Below are positions 1 to 8,156 of a stretch of 24,000 nucleotides of DNA, piece by piece. Each line of letters opens with the position of its first letter. Position 1 is the first letter of the stretch. The notes beneath the pieces were generated by a model. It made no database searches. It had not been told where the DNA came from and saw nothing but the letters and a program-made list of their open reading frames with translations. Source of the stretch: Phycisphaerae bacterium (GTDB lineage: Bacteria > Planctomycetota > Phycisphaerae > Tepidisphaerales > Tepidisphaeraceae); NCBI GenBank assembly GCA_031377185.1, contig JANMES010000070.1:1-24000 (forward strand), in the 5' to 3' direction. The position numbers were made by a program, and so were the translations under genes.

Positions 1-42
1 TGATGGTGTTGTTTTTTTTTGTTTATCTAAGGATCCGTGACA

Positions 43-136
43 CGGGGTTTCGGGGTTGTGGGTTCGGGGTTCGGGGTTAATTGGCATATGTTTTCTCTCC
101 CGTAACCCGTAACCCGGAACCCGGAACCCGGAACCC
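43..136. repeat. Inverted arrays of tandem heptads: 5x CGGGGTT-type (43-78), 22-nt pyrimidine-rich spacer (79-100), 5x CG[T/G]AACC (101-136)
   Basis: Read directly. The left arm is cggggtt(t) cggggtt gtgggtt cggggtt cggggtt. The right arm is cgtaacc cgtaacc cggaacc cggaacc cggaacc c. The GGGTTC core pairs with GAACCC, giving 6 bp per heptad with a G.G mismatch between heptads. GACAC occurs at 39-43 and again at 139-143, flanking the element. Confidence 0.8.
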
Positions 137-153
137 AAGACACACTCCTTTCC

Positions 154-807
154 ATGCTGATTGAAGCTCGCGACGAAGTCACCGGCCAAGGCATGAGCGA
201 CCTGCAGTTGCGCGACGAAGCCGTCACAATCCTGATCGCCGGCCATGAGACGACGGCGAACGTGCTGACCTGGGCGCTCTACCTGCTCGGACAGCACCCG
301 GCCGTCCAGCAGCAAGTGTATGACGAAGTTGCGGGTGTGCTGAAATGTTCACCCCCCACGGCAGCCTATGTGGCCCGCCTTCCACTCACGACGGCCGTCA
401 TCAACGAAGCCATGCGTCTCTACCCACCGGCTTGGATGCTCGGTCGATCGGCGAGGCAGGACGACGTTTTGGGCGATTTCCAGGTCAAGGCCGGGCAATT
501 CGTCCTCGTCAGCCCGTACGTCACGCACCGCCACCCGGGTTTATGGGATCGCCCCACCGAGTTCGACCCCACACGCTTCCTCGACGGCCGGAGCGAAAAT
601 CTCCCCAAGTTCAGCTACCTCCCCTTTGGCGGCGGGCAGCGGTTCTGCATCGGCAGCCACTTTGCAGCGATGCAATCGACCCTGATGCTGTCGGCGATTG
701 TGCAGCGGTTTGAGATGTCGGTCGTCCCCGACCACCCTGTTAAACCGTACGCCATGATCACCCTGCGCCCCAAATGGGGCATCAAAATGATCGCCCGCAG
801 GAGGTGA
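154..807 (+). CDS. Cytochrome P450, C-terminal half only (I-helix to C-terminus); probable 5'-truncated remnant or pseudogene
   Basis: I-helix motif AGHETT lies near the ORF N-terminus, where a full-length P450 has it around residue 250. ExxR motif is present (EAMR). Cys-ligand loop FGGGQRFCIGSHFA is present. The frame is open back only to a TAA at 103-105, so the roughly 230 N-terminal residues of a normal P450 are missing here. Confidence 0.85.
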   Translation: MLIEARDEVTGQGMSDLQLRDEAVTILIAGHETTANVLTWALYLLGQHPAVQQQVYDEVAGVLKCSPPTAAYVARLPLTTAVINEAMRLYPPAWMLGRSARQDDVLGDFQVKAGQFVLVSPYVTHRHPGLWDRPTEFDPTRFLDGRSENLPKFSYLPFGGGQRFCIGSHFAAMQSTLMLSAIVQRFEMSVVPDHPVKPYAMITLRPKWGIKMIARRR

Positions 808-868
808 GAGGATGGGGATGAGCAATGAGTCTTTTCCTACTCATCGCTCATCGCTCATCGCTCATCGC
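802..868. repeat. Second heptad-array palindrome: 4 degenerate heptads (802-829), 11-nt spacer, 4x TCATCGC (841-868); likely terminator hairpin of the P450 fragment
   Basis: The left arm is aggtgag aggatgg ggatgag caatgag and overlaps the TGA stop at 805-807. The right arm is tcatcgc x4. gatgagcaatgag (817-829) pairs with ctcatcgctcatc (840-852) at 12 of 13 positions around the loop tcttttccta (830-839), the stem taking in c840. Confidence 0.75.
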
Positions 869-1024
869 ATTCCATTGTGATAGCTTTCCACTTTCCGTCC
901 CCGGGATTCTTCCCCTTGCCCGCAGGGTCGATATAATCGAACGCATCTTTCGTCGCGGCAAACAGTTCGGTCGTTCATCGGAGAACGGCTTTCGGTCGCG
1001 TTGAAAGGGAAGGAGTCTTGGCAC

Positions 1025-2692
1025 ATGGCGGACGAAATGCAGGCGCTGCGGGGTATTTCCTGGCGGGAAACGTTTCCTTTCACTCATCTGTTCCGCACGT
1101 TCCGAGTTGCTATCCATCCCTCCAAGTTGCTACTGGGGTTGACGGCATTGATCGTGCTACTGGTAGGTGGTTACATCCTAGACACCATCTGGCCCGTCGC
1201 GCACCGGGCCGTGCCGAACGAAATCTCGATGTACGAGTTCGCGCGGTACAACCCCACGTCTGATTTCCGTACCATTCGTGCTGATAGCCGCAAGGAACAT
1301 GAACTGCGATACGCCGCGTTCCTGTTGGAATACGAGGTCGTCAAAACACTGCCCGACGCGCAGGCGGCTGCCAAAAACAGCAAGCTTCTTGGGGATCTGA
1401 AAAAGGCCATCGTTAAACACCGTAACGACAAAGCCGAAGCCCTGGTCACCCAACTCAGCAAGGATAAGGCCGACGCCGACCGCATTACCGATGGAACCCT
1501 GAAGCGGGCCAGGCTTGATCAGGCGGAAGCCGACTATTTGACCAATCGCCGGTCAGAGTACGATCGTGCCTACACTGCCTGGATGTCGGCCCAGTCGATC
1601 AAGAATGATGGGGTTTTTGAAGCTTTCTTCGCCTATGAGCGGATGCAATTCAACGGCGTTATCTCGGCGGTTAAGCGTTTGGATTGGGTCACTGGCTACC
1701 ACTCAGTCGAACGGTTTTTCACCCTCGGGCCGGTCTGGCTGCTTTCGCAGCATCCGGTGTACTTTTTCCTGTTCCTGATCCTGTTCACCTCGGTCTGGGC
1801 GATTTTCGGCGGAGCGATCGCCCGAATCGCAGCGGTTCATGTGGCTCGAGACGAAAAACTCTCGATCCGCGCCGCGTTGCGATTCAGCAGCGGCAAATTC
1901 CTCAGCTTCCTGTTTGCCCCGATCATTCCCCTGATGATCGTGGCGGCATTGGGAATCGTGATTACTCTGCTGTCGGCCATTGTGATGTGGGCACCGTTTG
2001 TCGGGCCGATCATTGCAGGCGTATTCTTCTTTATTCTGCTTGCCATCGGATTTGTGATGGCGCTGGTGCTGGTCGGCACCGTCGGCGGGTTCAATCTGAT
2101 GTACCCGACGATCGCCGTCGAAGGCTCCGACAGCTTCGACGCCATCAGCCGCAGTTTCAGCTACCTGTACGCCCGGCCGTGGCGGCTGGCGTTCTACACC
2201 GGGATCTCGATCGTATACGGGGCGGTTACATATACGTTCATCAAACTCTTCATCGCATTGATGCTGAAGCTCATCCATGTGTTCGCCGGGTTTGGCGTAT
2301 TCCGATCCGCCGACAACATGCGTCCGCTGTGGAACATGCTCTGGCCCGGTCCGGGCGAATTTGCCCACCTGACCTATGACGTTCACACCCTTTCACTGGG
2401 ACCGGGCGAGACCTTAGGCGCTTACCTGATCGGGATGTGGGTTTACCTGGTGATCGCGATCCTGGGTGCCTATGCAATCAGCTTCTACTTCTCATCAAAC
2501 ACCATCATCTACTACCTGATGCGAAATGAAGTCGATGCCACCGATATGGAAGACGTATACGTAGAACAACAGGATGACGAATTAACCGATGGCACCCTCG
2601 CACCGGCCCCCGAGCCGACGCCAGCGACGGCGGATGCTTCGGCAGCGGCTCCGGAGCCTGAAAAGCCGGCCGCGCCTTCGGAGAATGCCTAG
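1025..2692 (+). CDS. Polytopic inner-membrane protein of unknown function, with a charged coiled-coil-like insert and an acidic, Pro/Ala-rich C-terminal tail
   Basis: Long ORF with several hydrophobic spans of about 20 residues. ATG at 1025 is preceded by GGAAGGAG at 1008-1015; the ORF track begins at an upstream TTG at 1001. I recognised no catalytic motif. Confidence 0.75.
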   Translation: MADEMQALRGISWRETFPFTHLFRTFRVAIHPSKLLLGLTALIVLLVGGYILDTIWPVAHRAVPNEISMYEFARYNPTSDFRTIRADSRKEHELRYAAFLLEYEVVKTLPDAQAAAKNSKLLGDLKKAIVKHRNDKAEALVTQLSKDKADADRITDGTLKRARLDQAEADYLTNRRSEYDRAYTAWMSAQSIKNDGVFEAFFAYERMQFNGVISAVKRLDWVTGYHSVERFFTLGPVWLLSQHPVYFFLFLILFTSVWAIFGGAIARIAAVHVARDEKLSIRAALRFSSGKFLSFLFAPIIPLMIVAALGIVITLLSAIVMWAPFVGPIIAGVFFFILLAIGFVMALVLVGTVGGFNLMYPTIAVEGSDSFDAISRSFSYLYARPWRLAFYTGISIVYGAVTYTFIKLFIALMLKLIHVFAGFGVFRSADNMRPLWNMLWPGPGEFAHLTYDVHTLSLGPGETLGAYLIGMWVYLVIAILGAYAISFYFSSNTIIYYLMRNEVDATDMEDVYVEQQDDELTDGTLAPAPEPTPATADASAAAPEPEKPAAPSENA

Positions 2693-2759
2693 TGGATCAG
2701 CAGCCCTGATTTCTCGTGCGTTTTGATGGGACCGCCATCAATTCGCTGTTGCCAGTCCA

Positions 2760-4568
2760 CTAGATCAGTGATTTCAGCTCGCCGATGAGCTTTGTCATGC
2801 TCTCTTTGGCGTCGCCGAAGAGCATCATGCACTTTTCGTTGAAGTAAAGTTCGTTATCCACGCCGGCAAATCCGGGCCGCATGCTGCGCTTCAGAACGAT
2901 GATCGACTTGGCACGATCCACCTCCAGGATCGGCATGCCGTACAGCGGGCTGCTCTTGTTGGTCTTGGCAGCCGGATTGGTGACGTCGTTGGCGCCCACG
3001 ACCAGCACGATGTCGGCCTGCGGGAAATCGGGGTTGATTTCCTCCATCTCCACCAACTGCTCATAAGGGACATTCGCCTCCGCCAGCAGCACGTTCATGT
3101 GGCCGGGCATTCGGCCGGCCACGGGGTGGATGGCGTACTTCACGTCGACTTTTCGCTCGTGCAGAATGTTGGCCAATTCCGCCACCGCGTGCTGCGCCTG
3201 CGCGACGGCCATGCCGTAGCCGGGGACGATGATGACGTTCGTCGCGGTTTCAAACAGCACCGCCGCCTGCTCATGCGTAAGGCTGCGAACTGTGCCTTTA
3301 GCCTCGGAAGCAGCGGCGTTCGGATCCACGGGCGCCACCTTACCGAACGCGCCGAACAGCACATTGAAAGCCGACCGGTTCATCGCCCGGCACATCAGGA
3401 TTGCAAGCAGGAAACCGCTGGTACCATCGAGCGATCCGGTAATGATCTGGATCTTGTTCATCAGAACGAACCCCATCGCCGCGTCCGCCAAACCGCCGTA
3501 GGAGTTGAGCAGCGCGATGACGGTCGGCATGTCGGCCGCACCGATTGGAATGACCAGCAGCAGGCCGAACACCAGCGACAGAAGCACCATCAGGTAGAAC
3601 AACCAGCTCCCGCGATCAGCCACCACGAGATACACGGCGATGACTGTGATCAGCAGCATCAGTGCCATATTGGAGAAGTTCTGGAACTTGTAAGTGATCG
3701 GCCGACCGGGCAGCAGTTCCTGCAGCTTGGCGGCGGCGATCAGGCTGCCCGTGAACGTAAGGGCGCCGACGATGACCTCAAAATCCAGCGCCGTCATCGT
3801 CACGCCGGTCAGTGAGCCGCGATAACGGAAGAATTCCGACACACCCACCAGGCACGCCGACAGCGCCCCCAGCGAATGCGACAGCGCCGTCCGCTGCGGG
3901 ACGGCCGTCATCGGGATGCGCAACCCCATCGATCCGCCAGCCGCCGAGCCGACGATGAAGCCGATGACGATCCACAGATAGCTGACGATTTCGCGTTGGA
4001 ACAGCGTTCCCACAATCGCCAGCACCATCCCACCGGCCGCCAGCAACATCCCTCGGCGGGCCCACTTGGGCGAGCTCAGCCCCTTCAGCCCGATGATGAA
4101 CATCGCGGCGGAAGCGATGTACGAGAGCTTCAGCAGTTCATCGGTCGCGCCATGCTCGCCTTCAACGACATGCGCCTTCTTGATGTAGATCGCCAAACCC
4201 ACCAGGACGGCGATGCCCGCTGCGACGACGGAAACACCAACCACGCTGGAGTGATTGGCGGCCGTCTTCTCGCCGGACTTGCGGAACATGCGCAGCATCC
4301 GGTCGGTAATCAGAAATCCGCCGACGGCGTTGGTGGTCGAACACGTCACGGCCAGGAAACCCAGCGCCGTGCAGACCCACCCGTACCGTACTTGGCTGTA
4401 ATCGCTACCGCAGACCACGAGCGACCCGACCAGCGAAATCGCGGCGATCGCATTGGTGGCCGACATCAGCGGCGTGTGCAGCAGCGGTGGAACGCGCGTG
4501 ATCAGGTGATAGCCGAGAAAACCGGCCAGCATGAAGATGTACAGCCCGACTTCCAGTTCAGTAGTCAT
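2760..4568 (-). CDS. pntB: Proton-translocating NAD(P) transhydrogenase, fused alpha-2 (PntAB) plus beta (PntB) subunit
   Basis: The N-terminal ~100 aa are PntAB-like (LYIFMLAGFLGYHLI...TDRMLRMF). An extra hydrophobic span follows, then a PntB membrane domain and the C-terminal NADP(H)-binding dIII (YGMAVAQAQH, AGRMPGHMNVLLAEANVPY, VVGANDVTNPAA). Its start overlaps the stop of the upstream pntAA by 4 nt. Confidence 0.9.
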   Translation of the reverse strand: MTTELEVGLYIFMLAGFLGYHLITRVPPLLHTPLMSATNAIAAISLVGSLVVCGSDYSQVRYGWVCTALGFLAVTCSTTNAVGGFLITDRMLRMFRKSGEKTAANHSSVVGVSVVAAGIAVLVGLAIYIKKAHVVEGEHGATDELLKLSYIASAAMFIIGLKGLSSPKWARRGMLLAAGGMVLAIVGTLFQREIVSYLWIVIGFIVGSAAGGSMGLRIPMTAVPQRTALSHSLGALSACLVGVSEFFRYRGSLTGVTMTALDFEVIVGALTFTGSLIAAAKLQELLPGRPITYKFQNFSNMALMLLITVIAVYLVVADRGSWLFYLMVLLSLVFGLLLVIPIGAADMPTVIALLNSYGGLADAAMGFVLMNKIQIITGSLDGTSGFLLAILMCRAMNRSAFNVLFGAFGKVAPVDPNAAASEAKGTVRSLTHEQAAVLFETATNVIIVPGYGMAVAQAQHAVAELANILHERKVDVKYAIHPVAGRMPGHMNVLLAEANVPYEQLVEMEEINPDFPQADIVLVVGANDVTNPAAKTNKSSPLYGMPILEVDRAKSIIVLKRSMRPGFAGVDNELYFNEKCMMLFGDAKESMTKLIGELKSLI

Positions 4569-5722
4569 GATCGAACCTCGCTGGCGATCAGTTTCGCGGT
4601 GGCCTCGTGAAGAACTTTCCCCTGATGCGTGACCAGCGACGCCTTGATCACCTCGTCCGCCAAATCCAGGTTGAGATTGCCGTCCTTCACGATCAGCGAG
4701 ATGAGATTCGTGATGTTTCGTGAATACATCTGGCTGGCGTGCATGGGAGTGGCACTGGGCAGATTGAGCGGCCCGTGAACAATGATGTTGTTGTGAGAGA
4801 CGGTTTCGCCGGGCACGGTCACATCACAGTTTCCTCCGGCCTCGGCGGCGAGATCGACGATGACTGAGCCAGGACGCATTCGCTCAACCGTTTCTCGGGT
4901 AATGAGCTTTGGCGCTGGACGACCAGGAATAAGCGCGGTCGTAATCACCACATCAAACTCCTTGATCTGGTCCGCCATCCAGACCTGCTGGCGCTTTTGC
5001 GTGTCGGCCGACAGTTCCTTCGCGTAGCCGCCTTTGTCCTCGAGATTGGCCTCGCCGACGTTGAATTCGAGGAACTTGGCCCCCAGGCTCTGCACTTGCT
5101 CTCTGACGGCCGGCCGTACGTCGTAGCCGAATACCACAGCACCCAATCGGCGGGCGGTGGCGATCGCCTGCAAGCCGGCAACGCCGGCCCCGATCACCAG
5201 TACCTTCGCGGCGAAGTACGTGCCGGCCGCCGTGGTGAGCATCGGGAAGAACTTATGAAGCGATTCGGCCGCAATCAGCACCGCCTGGTAGCCGGCGAGC
5301 GTGGCCTGCGACGACAACGCGTCCATCGCCTGGGCCCGACTGATGCGTGGGATCAGGTCCATGCTCAACGTGCTGATGTTGCGATCAGCCAGTTTTTTAA
5401 CCAGTTCAATGTTCAGGGTCGGCTGCAGGAAGGAAACCAGCACCGATCCTTCGCGGAGGCGATCGGCCTCATGCTTGTTGCTGTTCAGCAGCGGACGCTG
5501 GATTTTCACCACCGCATCGGCCTCGCGGTAGAGCACGTCGGGGTCGGGCACCAGACGAGCGCCGGCGGCTTCGTATTCCGCGTCGCTGTAGTGCGACGCC
5601 GCACCGGCACCGGTTTCCACCAGCACCTCGACCCCCTTTTTACGCAGAATCCCCACGGCCTCGGGGACGAGAGCAACCCTTCGCTCGCCGGGAACGGATT
5701 CCCTGATCACCGCGAGTTTCAT
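4565..5722 (-). CDS. pntA: NAD(P) transhydrogenase alpha subunit part 1 (dI, alanine-dehydrogenase/PNT fold)
   Basis: Rossmann motif VLVIGAGVAGLQAIATARRLGA and overall dI-like sequence. GGAGG sits 6 nt upstream of the ATG at 5722. Confidence 0.9.
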   Translation of the reverse strand: MKLAVIRESVPGERRVALVPEAVGILRKKGVEVLVETGAGAASHYSDAEYEAAGARLVPDPDVLYREADAVVKIQRPLLNSNKHEADRLREGSVLVSFLQPTLNIELVKKLADRNISTLSMDLIPRISRAQAMDALSSQATLAGYQAVLIAAESLHKFFPMLTTAAGTYFAAKVLVIGAGVAGLQAIATARRLGAVVFGYDVRPAVREQVQSLGAKFLEFNVGEANLEDKGGYAKELSADTQKRQQVWMADQIKEFDVVITTALIPGRPAPKLITRETVERMRPGSVIVDLAAEAGGNCDVTVPGETVSHNNIIVHGPLNLPSATPMHASQMYSRNITNLISLIVKDGNLNLDLADEVIKASLVTHQGKVLHEATAKLIASEVRS

Positions 5723-5780
5723 TCAAACCTCCGTTTGAAAAGTCGGCGGGCTTAACAATTCAACTCTGCCCACCTGAGGC

Positions 5781-6815
5781 TCAGGCAATGTGTGCAGCTT
5801 CCCAATCGGCAGTATCACCCAGGAAGTATTGCACGCGGGTTTTCTTAAACTCGCGCGTGGAATAGAGCACACGGTATTCAGTCACGCCGGTGTTCCGGCT
5901 GATCTCCGCCAACACCGCTTCGCAGGCGGCGGCGTTGGTGGCATGGACCATCGTGAAAATACTGAAAGGCCAATCAGGATAGCTCGGCCGCAGATAGCAA
6001 TGGCTGACGGCGGGATGAGAGCCGGCGACGGCACCGAAAGACTCCTGCCCTTCCGGCGCGACCGCCCACACGCCCATCGCGTTGGCGGTGAAGCCAGCCT
6101 CGCGGTGATGCAACACGGCGCTGAACCGGCGCATGTAGCCGACATCCTGGTACGTCCGAGCATGCCCCAGCAGCGTCTCCACCGACACGCCGGCCTGCTC
6201 GGCCCAATTGTCGAACGGGCGTTCGATCAACGGCAGGTCCTGCTGAAGTACACGGATCATACGCTTGTCTTCATCTGTGGTCGGCGGCTTGGGTTGCCCG
6301 TGCTTCACATGTTTTTTGGCAGGGGCCGGTGCGTCCTCGGCCGCGCCGAGATTGAACTTCACGCCGATCTTGAACAGCTTCAGCGTCGGCAGCATGCGGG
6401 TGGCGATCGCGCCGCTTAGTTCGTGCAGGCGCTGAACGGTGCCCTCCATTCCCAGCTTGCTGTCCGGCGGAACCGCCAGCGTGTACCAGAGGTTGTAGGC
6501 GTTCTCCCGCTGGTAGTTGTGCGATACGCCCGGGTGCTTGGAGATGATCGCGGCCGCCTCTTCGAGCCTGTCCGGATCCACCTTGGCTGCCACCAATGTG
6601 CTCTTGTAACCGAGCGAACCGCTGTCGAAGATCGCGCTGATCTGCCGGATCACTCGTCTTGGCGGTTGTTTCAAGCCGCGAAGTTGGTCGAGCACCTCAT
6701 TCTCCGTAAGACCGATGCGATCACCGATCTGCGCATAGGGCCGTGCGTTGAGAGGGATCGCGTCTTGGATCGCTTCCAACAATCTTGCCTCGAGACTGTT
6801 CATCGTGACGGACAT
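5781..6815 (-). CDS. ahbAB: Fused siroheme decarboxylase AhbA/AhbB (NirD/NirL-type, two Lrp/AsnC-like repeats)
   Basis: Two tandem halves, each an HTH followed by a ligand domain (LEARLLEAIQDAIPLNARPYAQIG... and DKRMIRVLQQDLPLIERPFDNWA...), typical of NirDL/AhbAB. Start is ATG 6815 (weak GAGG upstream) or ATG 6803 (ATGA overlap with the hemC stop). The longer track ORF to 6920 lies inside hemC and is rejected. Confidence 0.8.
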   Translation of the reverse strand: MSVTMNSLEARLLEAIQDAIPLNARPYAQIGDRIGLTENEVLDQLRGLKQPPRRVIRQISAIFDSGSLGYKSTLVAAKVDPDRLEEAAAIISKHPGVSHNYQRENAYNLWYTLAVPPDSKLGMEGTVQRLHELSGAIATRMLPTLKLFKIGVKFNLGAAEDAPAPAKKHVKHGQPKPPTTDEDKRMIRVLQQDLPLIERPFDNWAEQAGVSVETLLGHARTYQDVGYMRRFSAVLHHREAGFTANAMGVWAVAPEGQESFGAVAGSHPAVSHCYLRPSYPDWPFSIFTMVHATNAAACEAVLAEISRNTGVTEYRVLYSTREFKKTRVQYFLGDTADWEAAHIA

Positions 6816-7759
6816 AGTGCCTCGGCCGGTCCGGTGGCGAGCAATTCTCTCGCGTTTTGTTTCAAAAGTGCATTCATCACCGTCTGCAGCACAACCTGAG
6901 GATCCTGGCCGGTACCGCAAGCGGTAATGACCGGCAGGTTTCCGCCGCGCGCTCCCACTGCCGCATGAAGCGTGATCGAGCCACCGTTCACGCTGGCCAG
7001 CGCGGCGATGGGCGAGTGGCAGTCGCCGTTGAGTGACGCGACGATTCCGCGTTCGAGCCGAACCGCGGCCGCAGTATCCGTATCGTTCAACCGGGCGATG
7101 TACCGCCGGGTTTCGATGTCATTTTCGCGGCATTGGATCAGCAGCGCGCCCTGCCCGGCGGCGGGAAGCATCTGGTCGGTCGGAATGGCGGTCATGCAGT
7201 CGCTGTCGAACAATCCGCTGCGCCGCAGGCCGGACATCGCCAACAGCACCGCGGTGTATTGCCCCTCGCGGCATTTTCGCACGCGAGTATCGACATTTCC
7301 CCGGAGCATTTGCACGTTCAGGTCAGGGCGTAACGCCAGCAGTTGGCAGCGACGCCTGAGGCTGCCGGTACCGACCACCGCGCCCGGCCGTAGCTCGGCG
7401 ATCGACCGGGGACCGAACGAAACAAACGCATCGCGAGGATCTTCCCGCCTGGGAATCGCCCCGATCATCAGGCCGGTTTGATCCACCAGGGGCATCGTGA
7501 CAGGCACGTCCTTGCAACTGTGTACGATGAAATCAATCCGCCCGGCGTGCAAATCCTCCTCGATCTCCTTGGTGAACAATCCCTTGCCACCGAATTCATG
7601 CAACGGACGATCGAGAATCTTATCGCCGGTCGTCTGGAAGATGACCGTTTCAACCTTCAAGCCTTCGTGTTGTTTTTCGAGCGTTTGTGCGATGCTGGCG
7701 CTCTGCAACCGGGCAAGCAAACTGCCGCGCGTGCCCATCCGCAGGGTATGGCTAGACAT
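6800..7759 (-). CDS. hemC: Porphobilinogen deaminase (hydroxymethylbilane synthase)
   Basis: LRMGTRGSLLA, TTGDKILDRPL, GGKGLFTKEIE, VHSCKDVP, and the cofactor-Cys region LNGDCHSPIAA. Confidence 0.95.
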   Translation of the reverse strand: MSSHTLRMGTRGSLLARLQSASIAQTLEKQHEGLKVETVIFQTTGDKILDRPLHEFGGKGLFTKEIEEDLHAGRIDFIVHSCKDVPVTMPLVDQTGLMIGAIPRREDPRDAFVSFGPRSIAELRPGAVVGTGSLRRRCQLLALRPDLNVQMLRGNVDTRVRKCREGQYTAVLLAMSGLRRSGLFDSDCMTAIPTDQMLPAAGQGALLIQCRENDIETRRYIARLNDTDTAAAVRLERGIVASLNGDCHSPIAALASVNGGSITLHAAVGARGGNLPVITACGTGQDPQVVLQTVMNALLKQNARELLATGPAEALCPSR

Positions 7760-8156
7760 GATCCCCTACTTTCGATTCCATGCATTCTTCGATCCGCAGG
7801 TGGATCAGCTCGAGCATCAGATCATTCACTCCGAGCGGCGCAGCCAGTCGGAACGTCGTGTGCGGAAACTTCGCCGCCGCTTCGCGGACCAGACGCGGAA
7901 TGTCTTCCTGCCAGTGTTTTCCGGGCCCGAGGAAGAACGGACAGACAATCACGTCCGTCGCGCCACCCCGAACCGCCGACGCATACGCCGTTGAAATGGA
8001 AGGCTCGGCAATTTCCATGTGGGCCGGCTCGATGATCGAATACTCATCGGTGAACCGCTGTGCAAACCGCTCGACAATCTCATGAAGCAGTAGATTGCTC
8101 TCGACGCTGCGCGAGCCATGATCGACAATGAGAATGGCGGGCTTGTTCCTTCTCAT
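7752..8156 (-). CDS. cbiX: Small CbiX/SirB-type sirohydrochlorin chelatase (ferrochelatase for siroheme)
   Basis: 134-aa product with ILIVDHGSR, VIVCPFFLGPGKHWQEDIP. ATG 8156 forms an ATGA overlap with the hemC-upstream gene hemA's stop, and its own stop overlaps the hemC start by 8 nt. The 223-aa track ORF extension lies inside hemA and is rejected. Confidence 0.8.
   Translation of the reverse strand: MRRNKPAILIVDHGSRSVESNLLLHEIVERFAQRFTDEYSIIEPAHMEIAEPSISTAYASAVRGGATDVIVCPFFLGPGKHWQEDIPRLVREAAAKFPHTTFRLAAPLGVNDLMLELIHLRIEECMESKVGDHV

Noticed and set aside
31-90. GGATCC (31-36) and CATATG (85-90) restriction sites near the window start, considered as a cloning-vector scar
   Set aside because: Two hexamers are expected by chance. 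No vector-like sequence surrounds them. The repeat architecture looks natural.
932-937. Perfect TATAAT hexamer upstream of the membrane-protein gene
   Set aside because: No acceptable -35 element exists at 16-18-nt spacing (best candidates are CTTCCC and TTCCCC). It cannot be supported as a promoter from sequence alone.
2689-2761. Possible long-range pairing of ctagtgg (2689-2695) with ccactag (2756-2762) between the convergent membrane-protein and pntB genes
   Set aside because: The stem is only 7 bp and spans a loop of about 60 nt, with no T-tract. This is not convincing as a terminator.
1703-5755. Several 227-252-aa ORFs antisense to the membrane protein and pnt genes (1703-2386 on the minus strand; 3099-3815, 3876-4610 and 4997-5755 on the plus strand)
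   Set aside because: Their Arg/His/Gln/Asp-rich low-complexity translations are typical of antisense frames of GC-rich genes. The opposite-strand genes have unambiguous family motifs.
6816-6920. N-terminal extension of the ahbAB ORF
   Set aside because: It lies within the hemC coding region. AhbA-like sequence begins at MNSLEARLL. Better starts exist at 6815 and 6803.
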